Below the pieces are notes generated by a model. The model saw nothing but the letters and a program-made list of their open reading frames with translations, was not told the DNA's origin and ran no database searches. Source: Candidatus Latescibacterota bacterium (GTDB lineage: Bacteria; Latescibacterota; UBA2968; UBA8231). Taken from it: a stretch of 64,000 nt of DNA. Within the stretch, counting starts at the first letter, position 1, and the number at the start of each line of letters is the position of its first letter. Shown here one piece after another: positions 9,229 through 18,124 of this stretch. The stretch lies in assembly GCA_965204725.1 (NCBI GenBank), contig OZ242005.1, positions 3,328,001-3,392,000 of the forward strand. The letters run 5' to 3'. The translations under genes were made by a program, and so were the position numbers.

Positions 9229-9358
9229 TATAGCAATCCTACATGACTTGCAAACATGTAGAGATGCTTCGACTTCGCTGCGCTCAGCATGACACACAGA
9301 CGGAGGCTTCGTCCCCCAGACCTTGTCATACTGAGCAAAGCGAAGTATCTCATACCCA
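9229..9358. repeat. Right arm of the ~130-bp inverted repeat, with REP-like doublet (9261-9294 -, 9324-9351 +)
   Basis: Starts TATAGCAATCCTACATGACTTGCAA; reverse complement aligns end to end with 7991-8125 apart from one 5-bp indel and scattered substitutions. Confidence 0.88.
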
Positions 9359-9408
9359 ACACGCCATACACAACATCCCTTATAAGGATGTAGGTAGGAG
9401 GTTAGACG

Positions 9409-10689
9409 ATGAAGTGCTGGATTTTCGTTTTCAATCCGCTCGAACGCTACATGGCCAACTTCAAGCACATCTTCGACGCTTGGGAAGCGGGCGGAGTGCG
9501 CGGCATTGTGGTCGGGCGCATGTTCTTTGTGGAGGACGATGGCGGCCAAATCCCCGCCTTTCCCCAAGATCCCAAAGCCTACGCCGACTTGGGCCTAGAA
9601 GCACCGGCAGAGGGACCCCGCAATCTGGAAAAGGAGCGGGCACTCAGTGCTATGCTAGCGGACGCGGCCGGGCGCGGCTGGCATATCATGGTGTTCGACA
9701 GCGGCACCACCGCCCACGTGCAGAGCTTGATAAACCGCTATCCCCAAGTCAACGGAGTGATCATCGACGGCCCCGGCGAGAACCACTACGAGCTGGCTTG
9801 GCACCACGGCGGCGAACTCTTTGAATTGCGCGCTGGCGAGCGTCGCGAGTTCGCCAACTTGGGCTTTGCCATTGACCGGCTGGAGCGCGGCATTGCCCAC
9901 CTGCGCCAGCGTTTCCACAGCCTCACCCCCGACCTCGTGCGCTATTGGGCCCCGGGCGGGACTTTGGCCGGTCTGAATCTCTTTGACATCAACGAGGATG
10001 CCCTCTACTGGCTGCGAGCCCGGGGGGCAAGGTCGCGGCGTTCTTGGGAGCAGGCCCGCGCCGACTTGGACGGAGTGAACCGCTATGTCGAGCTGGGCGG
10101 CATTCCGCGCATCACCACCTTCTCTTCCCTGACCGGCCAAGATTACCAACAGATGCCGCCGTACTTCGACTATATCTTTCCCAAGCACTACTACTGGCAC
10201 CGCGGCTTTGACGGCATGTACGGCACCATTGCCCGCTGGGTGCAAAAGTTCGCCGAGTGGAATCCCTCCCTGACCGAGGCCGACTGCTTCCTGCTGGTCG
10301 AGTCGCTGTTCGGCCTGCGTCTGCCCAATGTCGAGTCGCTACTCGATATGGAGATGGGTTTTCCCGACGAGTTCTTCGCCGAAGTTGTGTACAGCGAAAC
10401 GCGGCGCGCCCTAGAGGCCATCAAAGACGTGGACAAAACCATCTTCTGGGTATCTACCGGCCGCGCCCCGCACGCCGGAGACGCCATGCCCGCCCGCGAC
10501 TTAGCCGGCATTCTCAAAGCCTCGGCGGCCGCCGGTGCCCAGCGTTTTCTCTTCCACCCAGACCCGGATCCCAGTCCGTCCGAGTGGAGCGTGATCAGCG
10601 GCCTGTGCGGCGCGCAATGGCGTCAATCGCGGGACGGGTACTGGCCGCCCAATGCGGCCAAACCAGACGAATACCTGCGCGGTCAATAG
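9409..10689 (+). CDS. Hypothetical protein, possibly a glycoside-hydrolase-like TIM barrel
   Basis: 426-aa ORF with AGGAGG RBS and host-like codon usage; beta/alpha alternation; GVIIDGPGE, FDYIFPKHY. Confidence 0.7.
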   Translation: MKCWIFVFNPLERYMANFKHIFDAWEAGGVRGIVVGRMFFVEDDGGQIPAFPQDPKAYADLGLEAPAEGPRNLEKERALSAMLADAAGRGWHIMVFDSGTTAHVQSLINRYPQVNGVIIDGPGENHYELAWHHGGELFELRAGERREFANLGFAIDRLERGIAHLRQRFHSLTPDLVRYWAPGGTLAGLNLFDINEDALYWLRARGARSRRSWEQARADLDGVNRYVELGGIPRITTFSSLTGQDYQQMPPYFDYIFPKHYYWHRGFDGMYGTIARWVQKFAEWNPSLTEADCFLLVESLFGLRLPNVESLLDMEMGFPDEFFAEVVYSETRRALEAIKDVDKTIFWVSTGRAPHAGDAMPARDLAGILKASAAAGAQRFLFHPDPDPSPSEWSVISGLCGAQWRQSRDGYWPPNAAKPDEYLRGQ

Positions 10690-10715
10690 GCCCCAAAGGG
10701 CTTTGCGGAGCGGGT

Positions 10716-10876
10716 GCTACCACGGCCCAGAATAGCCGGCGCTTGGAACCGGTGATAAGCTCACCCATCTTTAGCCCGTTGGCTACAGACGCCATGACAA
10801 AGGAACGCACTTCGGAGTGCCAGCCGTAGGAAAAGCCGAGGGCCACCAGACCCGAAGCACCCAAGGCCGAGCCGGC
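10716..10876 (-). pseudogene. Internal fragment of a DUF6785-type membrane protein paralogue
   Basis: GSALGASGLVALGFSYGWHSEVRSFVMASVANGLKMGELITGSKRRLFWAVV aligns with TDAIGWKGLTSISLSYSWAAEMRTTVMASTANALKLAHGHGAHHRRLFWGLV in the 46692-48635 protein. Confidence 0.78.
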
Positions 10877-11001
10877 TGGCGTCTTTTTAGCCAGGTGCAT
10901 TGTTGGAGCGGAATTCTCTTTTTCAACACTCGTCTCTATGGGCTATTATATGTCGTATTTTAACTAGTGAAGAAGTAGTTTGAACTATAAAAAGAGGCCG
11001 T

Positions 11002-11796
11002 TTATTTCTTCATCACTAGGCGTGCGCCAATAGCACAATAGCGGAGCGACGGATCAAAGCTGAAGCGTTTGGCCGACCGCACGTTGCGGGCATGATTGAC
11101 AAAGCCGCCTCCACGCATAACGCGGGTAGAGCCCGAAGCAGCTCCTGTAGAATCTATCTGTTTGGCGTTTGCATAGGAGCTGCTGTACCAGTCTTGCACC
11201 CACTCCCATACATTGCCGTGCATATCGTACAGACCCCATGGATTCGGCTGCTTTGAACCCACTGGCTGGGCAAATTTTCCCCTCGCGTTCCCCACGTTCT
11301 CTAGGTACCACGCATAGTCGCCCAACTGGCTTTCGTCGTCCCCAAAGGAACGGCTCGTCGTGGTCCCTGCCCGGCAGGCGTATTCCCACTCGGCTTCGGT
11401 AGGTAGGCGGTACAAATCCCTGTCGGCGGCTTCGTTCAAGCGGCGGAGAAATTCCTGCATATCGACCCATGAGATATAGACTGCCGGGTGATTTGGTTCG
11501 GCCTGGACATACTTGCGCCGGGTCCACGGTGCTGTCCCCATCACCGCGACCCATTGGGCTTGGGTAATCTCAAATTTACCCAAGTAGAATCCCTTGCTTA
11601 TCGAGACCTCGTGCTGTGGGCCTTCGTCTTCACCTCGTGTGGGGGATGAGGCTGGCGATCCCATCAGAAAAGTACCCGGTTCAATCCACACAAATTCCAT
11701 CGCGACTCCGTCGCGAAGTTCCACGACAATGTTCTCGGATCGCCCCACAGTCGCGCACGTGATGCCCATCATTAGGGCGGCAAAAATTTGCCTCAT
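11002..11796 (-). CDS. Formylglycine-generating-enzyme (SUMF1/FGE-sulfatase) domain protein, exported
   Basis: FLMGSP, EGPQHEV, YRLPTEAEWEYACRAG, PNPWGLYDMHGNVWEW, RVMRGG; N-terminal signal-like segment. Confidence 0.92.
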   Translation of the reverse strand: MRQIFAALMMGITCATVGRSENIVVELRDGVAMEFVWIEPGTFLMGSPASSPTRGEDEGPQHEVSISKGFYLGKFEITQAQWVAVMGTAPWTRRKYVQAEPNHPAVYISWVDMQEFLRRLNEAADRDLYRLPTEAEWEYACRAGTTTSRSFGDDESQLGDYAWYLENVGNARGKFAQPVGSKQPNPWGLYDMHGNVWEWVQDWYSSSYANAKQIDSTGAASGSTRVMRGGGFVNHARNVRSAKRFSFDPSLRYCAIGARLVMKK

Positions 11797-11966
11797 TCCA
11801 CACCTCTGGTCCATGAATGGCGAGAATATATGATTTTTCAGCAAAAAAGCCGCAAAACCACCGCCCGCGTCCTATGATCCCCGTCCTTGCCGCAGCAAAG
11901 GGTAATTTCTATAATTGCGACCATGAGTTGCTTAATTCACCTCTACAGCGATGAGTGTATGAGTGT

Positions 11967-13658
11967 ATGGACTTTTTTCACCAGCGTCGGCCCCTTGCCT
12001 CTGCCTTGGTGCTGGCCGTGCTGCTACCGAAATCTGTTCTACCCCAATTTACCGACCAGACGGAGGAGGCGCACATCGCCTTCCAATACGTGGCTGGCGG
12101 ACTTGAGAAAAAGCACATTGTCGAAACCTCCGGCGGCGGTGCTGCTTTTTTTGACTACGATAACGACGGCGATCTCGACCTATACACGGTCAATGGTGCT
12201 ACGGTCAATACCTATCGGCAAAAATCCGGCCCGGGCAATGTCCTCTATCGCAATCGAGGCAACGGAACCTTTGCCGATGTGGCTTTACCAGCCGGTGTCG
12301 GGGACCGCAGTTGGGGCATGGGCTGTACCGTGGGCGACATCGACGGCGACGGGCACCGCGATCTTTACGTGACTAATTATGGTCCCAATGTCCTCTACCG
12401 CAACCGAGGCAACGGAACCTTCGCGGACATTTCCACTGGGGTAGCAGGGAACGATTATAGCTCCAGCGCCGCTTTTTTTGATTACGATGGCGACGGCGAT
12501 CTCGACCTATACGTCGCCAATTATCTTGTTTACGATTTTGACTCTCCTCCAGATAAGGTCTGCACCTACGAGGGAATCGAGATCTTCTGCGGTCCCCAGG
12601 GCCTACCCGGAGCTGCCGACCTGTTCTATCGCAACAACGGAGACAATACCTTTACCGACGTCACTCGGCCCTCGGGTATCTCTTGGGCCAACCGCTATTA
12701 TGGGTTGGGTGTACTGCCCGAAGACTTCGACAACGATGGCGACATCGATATCTTCGTAGCCAATGACGCAACTCCCAATGTGCTCTTCGACAACAACCGC
12801 GATGGCACCTTTAGCGAAATTGGCCTAAAAGCAGGCATTGCGTATAACGAATACGGCGAAGAAGAGGCGGGGATGGGAGTCAGCGGCGGAGACTATGACG
12901 CCGACGGAGACCTCGACCTCTATATAACCCATTTTTTTCGCGAGAGTAATACCTTCTACCGCAACGACGGACCAGGCCATTTCAAAGATATAACGGCCCA
13001 GACTGGTCTAGAAGAACCCACGCTTGGAATGCTGGGGTGGGGCACCCAATTTTTCGATTATGACAGGGATGGCGACTTGGATCTATTCGTCGCTAATGGC
13101 CATGTCTATCCGCAGGTGGCTAGCGCTATTGCGAGCACTTTCTATCCCCAGCGCAATCAGTTAATCCGCAACGAAGGCAGCAATCGTCTAACCGATATAG
13201 GGGCTGCGGCTGGCCCGGGAATGGACCTTAAAAGAGTCAGCCGTGGTGCCAGTTTCGGCGACTACGACAACGACGGCGATATGGACATTTTCGTCGTCAA
13301 TTTGGATGAGGTGGCCACCCTGTTGCGCAACGATTTTGCCTCTGCCAACAACTGGCTCGTAGTACAACTTCTGGGGCGTGGCCCCAATCGCGATGCCGTC
13401 GGAGCCAAGATACGCTTGCTGGTCGACGGCCGACCCCAGTGGCGCACGGCTAATGGTGCTTCTAGCTATCTCTCCTATAACGATATGCGTATTTTCTTTG
13501 GCCTAGGTGAGGCGGAAGAGGCAGATGAAGTGGAGATCACTTGGCCCGATGGAACTCGTCAGACAGTGCCATCGGCACCGGCCAATAAGCTGTTGGTAGT
13601 TCGCCAGAACGGCTCCTACGCCTTCTTGGAGATGGGGGTCAACCTTTACGCAGAGTAG
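11967..13658 (+). CDS. CRTAC1/ASPIC-UnbV family FG-GAP repeat protein
   Basis: Repeated FFDYDNDGDLDLYV Ca-binding blades; SRGASFGDYDNDG; C-terminal NRDAVGAKI...SYLS...FGLG...ITWPDG UnbV domain; signal peptide. Confidence 0.92.
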   Translation: MDFFHQRRPLASALVLAVLLPKSVLPQFTDQTEEAHIAFQYVAGGLEKKHIVETSGGGAAFFDYDNDGDLDLYTVNGATVNTYRQKSGPGNVLYRNRGNGTFADVALPAGVGDRSWGMGCTVGDIDGDGHRDLYVTNYGPNVLYRNRGNGTFADISTGVAGNDYSSSAAFFDYDGDGDLDLYVANYLVYDFDSPPDKVCTYEGIEIFCGPQGLPGAADLFYRNNGDNTFTDVTRPSGISWANRYYGLGVLPEDFDNDGDIDIFVANDATPNVLFDNNRDGTFSEIGLKAGIAYNEYGEEEAGMGVSGGDYDADGDLDLYITHFFRESNTFYRNDGPGHFKDITAQTGLEEPTLGMLGWGTQFFDYDRDGDLDLFVANGHVYPQVASAIASTFYPQRNQLIRNEGSNRLTDIGAAAGPGMDLKRVSRGASFGDYDNDGDMDIFVVNLDEVATLLRNDFASANNWLVVQLLGRGPNRDAVGAKIRLLVDGRPQWRTANGASSYLSYNDMRIFFGLGEAEEADEVEITWPDGTRQTVPSAPANKLLVVRQNGSYAFLEMGVNLYAE

Positions 13659-13661
13659 GAC

Positions 13662-15335
13662 CTATGGGCTCCTATTCTCTCCGAAAGCGGCGTTGAGGTT
13701 ATCCTCCCGAATAACCACTTTCGCTGCGTATTTATTGCGCACTTCTTCGGTAAACTGATTAAAGGCCTTTCTGTTTTTTTCTCTTTTAAGTTGGGACCGG
13801 ACTCTCCACTCGGCCTCCGCAAAAGTCTCTCGCTTGCGTTCCCTAGAAAGCACCTTAAATATAGAATAACCTTCATTGACCTTGGCCGGACCAGTGAGCA
13901 CTCCGATCTCGGCTTTTTCGGCGAGTTCTACAAAACCGCCGAAAAAGTTCTTTTCAAAAAGGTGGAAGTGGAATCGGCCTTCTTCATCCCGATCCTCTAG
14001 CGACCGGATAGAATACTTCTTGGCCAAGTCGCCTAATGGGGCTCCCTTTTGTATCTGCTCCATCAACCTCAGGGCCTCGGCCTCCGTCTGTACTAGAATC
14101 TCCTGTACTTCGATTTGCTCGGGTTGCAGATACCTTTCCGCATGGGCCTCATAAAACTGGCGCAACTCGTTTTCAGCGATGGTCACTTTAGCTCTTAGGA
14201 CTCGCGCCCTGAGGGCTCGTAGCAAAAATTGCTTTGCCTGATCTTCCAACCACTCGATCGTCTCTGCTTCCTCGTCTATGCCAGCACGCAGGGCCGCTTC
14301 CACGAGCATCGCATTGGGCACGACATGGCGCTCGGCAAAAGCGATCACTTGGCTGGAGTCGCTGAGTTGGGCTAGGGCATTGCCTTTCAGGGCGTGGCCA
14401 GCTTCTGCCAAGTCTTGAGCGGTTATTTCGCCGCCGTCGTACCGATAGAGAACTATATTGCGTTCAGTCTCCAGGGCAAAAGATGTACCGCCACGCACTT
14501 TTTCGACAATGAGCGCGAGACCTTCCCGATCCAATTCGAGGTGGTATTTTTCCTTGAGTTCAGCGACTAAAATCGATTGAGCCCGCTGCTTTTCCTCCTT
14601 TTTCAGTCCCATTTCGATCGCCAGTCTCCTCTGGGGACTGAGTTCGATGGTAGAATCGGCGATGACCGTGAAAATCGAATAGTGCCCGCCGATTTTTATG
14701 GGTTCGGAGATTTCGCCTAAGGCGAGGGAAAACAGTTTGTCCTGAAGGGGGGTGACCATGTTTTCTCGGGTGGTATAACGGCCTAAGTCCCCACCTTGGG
14801 CCGAGGTTTCTTTGTTTATGGACCATTTCTTGGCGACTTGCCCAAAAGGCACCCCATTTTTGAGTTCTCGGAGGACGACCAAGGCATTTTCTCGGCTGGG
14901 GACCATTATATCGGCCAATCTGATCGCTCTAGTAAGCCCCATCTGTTCAGCGTATTTCCGCACCTTGCTCTCCTCCACTTCCTCTTCTACCTCCAGTGCT
15001 CTATCTTGGAAAATGCTGACCAATTTTTTCCGCCGGACCCCTTCCAGTCGGGCGCGAAATTCAGGGCTTTCGTCGAGATCAGTCGTCTTCGCCTCCATGG
15101 TCAGCAGTTCGATATTGATCATGGTGTTCAAATGATTCTTCGCTTCTTCTACCCTAGTGGACTCCGCCTTGGCATATTCGGGGAGGTCATCTATAAATTT
15201 CCGCAACTGGTCAACCGTTATCTCCGCATCACCTATCTGAGCAACGACTCGTTCTCCTATTTCCACTGTGCAACCCATGAGCGCGGCAAAAAGTACGAGT
15301 GGTAAAAGACAAAATACAGTCATTTCTCTTGACAT
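13662..15335 (-). CDS. Peptidyl-prolyl isomerase with two parvulin (PpiC) domains, probable lipoprotein (SurA/PrsA-like)
   Basis: Lipobox-like FAALMGC; FGQVAKKWS...QGGDLG...GEISEPI and LGDLAKKYS...GYSIFKV rotamase domains. Confidence 0.85.
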   Translation of the reverse strand: MSREMTVFCLLPLVLFAALMGCTVEIGERVVAQIGDAEITVDQLRKFIDDLPEYAKAESTRVEEAKNHLNTMINIELLTMEAKTTDLDESPEFRARLEGVRRKKLVSIFQDRALEVEEEVEESKVRKYAEQMGLTRAIRLADIMVPSRENALVVLRELKNGVPFGQVAKKWSINKETSAQGGDLGRYTTRENMVTPLQDKLFSLALGEISEPIKIGGHYSIFTVIADSTIELSPQRRLAIEMGLKKEEKQRAQSILVAELKEKYHLELDREGLALIVEKVRGGTSFALETERNIVLYRYDGGEITAQDLAEAGHALKGNALAQLSDSSQVIAFAERHVVPNAMLVEAALRAGIDEEAETIEWLEDQAKQFLLRALRARVLRAKVTIAENELRQFYEAHAERYLQPEQIEVQEILVQTEAEALRLMEQIQKGAPLGDLAKKYSIRSLEDRDEEGRFHFHLFEKNFFGGFVELAEKAEIGVLTGPAKVNEGYSIFKVLSRERKRETFAEAEWRVRSQLKREKNRKAFNQFTEEVRNKYAAKVVIREDNLNAAFGENRSP

Positions 15336-15374
15336 TTAGCTCAGATCTCCTCTGCATTCCTGCACACGGGTAGA

Positions 15375-18086
15375 TTAGTCCAAACCGGCAAATACCGTGG
15401 CAAAAGCCATTCTGCCTGTTTCGGTTTCGTTGTCGCTGGCTCTTCTGGTCAACCTGAGTCCCATCAGGGTCGTCAGACTATAGCCCAAGTAATTTGAATT
15501 ATTGGAGAACTGGGCCGCGCCGACAATTTCACTGAAGTCGTCCAGCAGTCCTTCCTTGACCGCTGTATCCGAATCCCTGAGTTGCTGGAAAACGGTATAT
15601 TCCACGCCTGCCTGCATAGTGGAGTTATTAAACAATGGCCACCGGGCCAGTAAGGAAAAAATCAGGGTGTCTTCCCTGCGTTTGGGATCTGATTTAAGTG
15701 CTGGCGACTCTATCCTCAGTTCATTTTTGATTTTGGGCTGGATATCGAGATTAACGAATTTGAGAGTATAGTCCACCTTATTTATCAGGCCGACAAAAAC
15801 GAAGTCCCGTTGCAAATCGGGCTGTCTTTCCCTTTGATGCCAGTGGTCGTATTTCAGCTTGTTGACGAGATTTAGATTCTTCAGCTTGGTATAGCTGAAG
15901 CTTATATAGGACGAGTTTATCCACGTATTCCGGGCCGCCAGAGGATCAATGGTAGGGACGTTGCGCCTCTCGAATTCGTCCCACTGGCGAAGGTCATTCT
16001 CTATATTGTCCTTAGCCAGCCTAAAATTCTCAAAAATCCTCACCCTTCCTAGGCCGGGGTAGTCCTTTTCTAGGGTGAAAAGCAAATAATGGGTGGTATT
16101 TTCTCCATCACCGGCAATGAGACTCTCGTCAGTGCGGCCGATAGTCAACCTCATCTCTGGAGTAATGTTGACGCCCGCATAAAAATTGTACCCGCTTAAA
16201 TCCCGACCATAGGGAAAGTCTGCTTCATCATCGTTTTCAAACCGGTCTATCCATATATTGTTGTTCATATCTATGCCGAACAGATACTCGGGGCGGTCCG
16301 TGGAATAGCGCAGAAAGGGCTCGTCGTAGTCAGGCACTAAGTTGGGCAGATCTTCACTGTCGTTTTGATTGAAATCGGAGATAAAATCGACGTTTTCATC
16401 CAAGCCGGGAAATACATTCAAGTCGATGCTTTCGTTTATCCTCTGCCAATCGGGGTACCGATCTTGATCATCGTTGTCGTCGACGAGTTCGTAGTAGAAT
16501 CTCGTCCGGTCCTCGTAATCTATGTTGATCTCGCCTCGGGCCAAGATGGCACTTGTATTGTAATTGTGGTCCATACTGTAAGCCTCGCCGAAAAAGAACC
16601 ACGGCTGAACGGTTCTCGACAGATTCAACATCCAGCCATCGCCTTGGTCAAAAGCCGACAGGTGTTTTGTATGCTGCCTGTTGGGGTATTTTCTATAACT
16701 CCTACTGCGGTCGAATTCGCCGTAGAAATCAAGTCCCCCAATGTTGTTCGCCTCCAGAGTGAAACCGAAAATTTCGGTGGCGGTCGGCAAACCGTACGGG
16801 ATTTTGAGGACTCTGAGATTAGAGCCATCTTTGACGTTTTCTTGGGCTCTGGCTGCCAGCAGAAACACGTTGCTGTTTTGACGGTTAGTCTGGCGGTTTG
16901 AAGACACCTCGATTCTGTAGTCGTTGGCAACCACCAGTTCAAAAGTCACTCTTCTTATCTCCGAAGGGTCGGGGCCGGTGTAGGTTCCCTCGGAAAAGTC
17001 GTATACTAGTTCGATCTGTTCAGAGCCGCTGGCTTCCCAGAAACCCAAGCGCTGAAAGCCGCCTTGAGGCGAGGGCTTGAGACCGGCCTCGCTGGCTCGG
17101 ACAACCTCTCGCCTAAACACCCGTTCCCCCTCTTCATCAATGCTTTCGACTTCGGCTTCTATGATCATATCCCAAGCGAAGAGGGTAGCGCCGCCTTCGT
17201 TATCTTCGGGCGAATCGTCGGTCAGACGGACGAAAAGCTGGGTGATATTTTCAGCGTTTTGACTAGAAGTGATCGAACCACTCCTAGGGGTTCCTTCAAA
17301 AGCGTCCAAGAGTTGGAAGGAGTTGTGGGCACTTACATAGTTGGCACCGATGCTGATGAAATCACCCACTTGGGCAACGGCCCGCCCGCCCATCAGCGTT
17401 GTCAAGCTGGTCGTTTGGTTGACTGCCGGATTGCGAGGACCGGCTCCGCCGGGAGAAGAGATCCGAGAGAGGATCGTCGTGATCTGGTATTTGTCGGCTT
17501 GGTAGTCCACTTGGATTCCGTCCAAGGCCGGCTTTGAGAAGGTCATTGGGGTAAGGGTCGAGCGGATCTCGTTGCCTATGGTGATGGCTAAGTTATGTTG
17601 CCCCTTCTGATCAGAGGCAATGACCAAATTGCTGAAAAAGTTTTGGAATCTCTCGGTTTTGAATAAGTTGCTGCCCCCTTGCTGGGGCTGCGTTTGGGAC
17701 CAGTCGTAGACCAACCATCCCCTAGTGATATAGGAACCGTAAATATCGTAAAAATAATCCCCGGCTAAATTGATATCCACATAGCGATTGTAGTGATCCC
17801 TGGCGTAGTTGGTGTATTCCCACTGTTTCCAGCGGTATTCTAGGAAAAGTTCTTGCGGTACGTACCACTTTTTGACCGCCGGGTCCAAGGCACCGAACAG
17901 CACACCGGACCCGGTTGGTTCAAAGGTGAGTTCGGCTCCTCGGCGCATACCTTTTATACGCATTGGATCGACATCTTGGGCTTGTGCGTCGGTGTCGAAA
18001 GCTAACATGAAAGAGAGAAGGGAACAAACTATGGTCGCTAGACTAATACCGCGCATTAAAGTGCTGCAAGTATGGTAGGTCAGCAT
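15375..18086 (-). CDS. 903-aa exported hypothetical protein, probable outer-membrane beta-barrel with Asp-rich Ca-binding loops
   Basis: Signal peptide (..DAQA/QD); amphipathic beta-strands; VDDNDDQDRYPD, GLDENVDFISDFNQND, GIDMNNNIWIDRFEND; C-terminal strand MAFATVFAGLD. Confidence 0.7.
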   Translation of the reverse strand: MLTYHTCSTLMRGISLATIVCSLLSFMLAFDTDAQAQDVDPMRIKGMRRGAELTFEPTGSGVLFGALDPAVKKWYVPQELFLEYRWKQWEYTNYARDHYNRYVDINLAGDYFYDIYGSYITRGWLVYDWSQTQPQQGGSNLFKTERFQNFFSNLVIASDQKGQHNLAITIGNEIRSTLTPMTFSKPALDGIQVDYQADKYQITTILSRISSPGGAGPRNPAVNQTTSLTTLMGGRAVAQVGDFISIGANYVSAHNSFQLLDAFEGTPRSGSITSSQNAENITQLFVRLTDDSPEDNEGGATLFAWDMIIEAEVESIDEEGERVFRREVVRASEAGLKPSPQGGFQRLGFWEASGSEQIELVYDFSEGTYTGPDPSEIRRVTFELVVANDYRIEVSSNRQTNRQNSNVFLLAARAQENVKDGSNLRVLKIPYGLPTATEIFGFTLEANNIGGLDFYGEFDRSRSYRKYPNRQHTKHLSAFDQGDGWMLNLSRTVQPWFFFGEAYSMDHNYNTSAILARGEINIDYEDRTRFYYELVDDNDDQDRYPDWQRINESIDLNVFPGLDENVDFISDFNQNDSEDLPNLVPDYDEPFLRYSTDRPEYLFGIDMNNNIWIDRFENDDEADFPYGRDLSGYNFYAGVNITPEMRLTIGRTDESLIAGDGENTTHYLLFTLEKDYPGLGRVRIFENFRLAKDNIENDLRQWDEFERRNVPTIDPLAARNTWINSSYISFSYTKLKNLNLVNKLKYDHWHQRERQPDLQRDFVFVGLINKVDYTLKFVNLDIQPKIKNELRIESPALKSDPKRREDTLIFSLLARWPLFNNSTMQAGVEYTVFQQLRDSDTAVKEGLLDDFSEIVGAAQFSNNSNYLGYSLTTLMGLRLTRRASDNETETGRMAFATVFAGLD

Positions 18087-18124
18087 GAGAGTTCCACCCT
18101 AGCTTTCAGGTAAAATGGGAATAA

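Noticed and set aside
7998-9351. Hairpins as integron attC sites
   Set aside because: No RYYYAAC/GTTRRRY boxes, no integron integrase, and the copies are inverted doublets rather than direct cassette boundaries
10975-10990. TAGTTTGAACTATA as another TATAG-type element end at the AT-rich block border
   Set aside because: No partner end found at the other border; the match to the TIR is limited to TATAG
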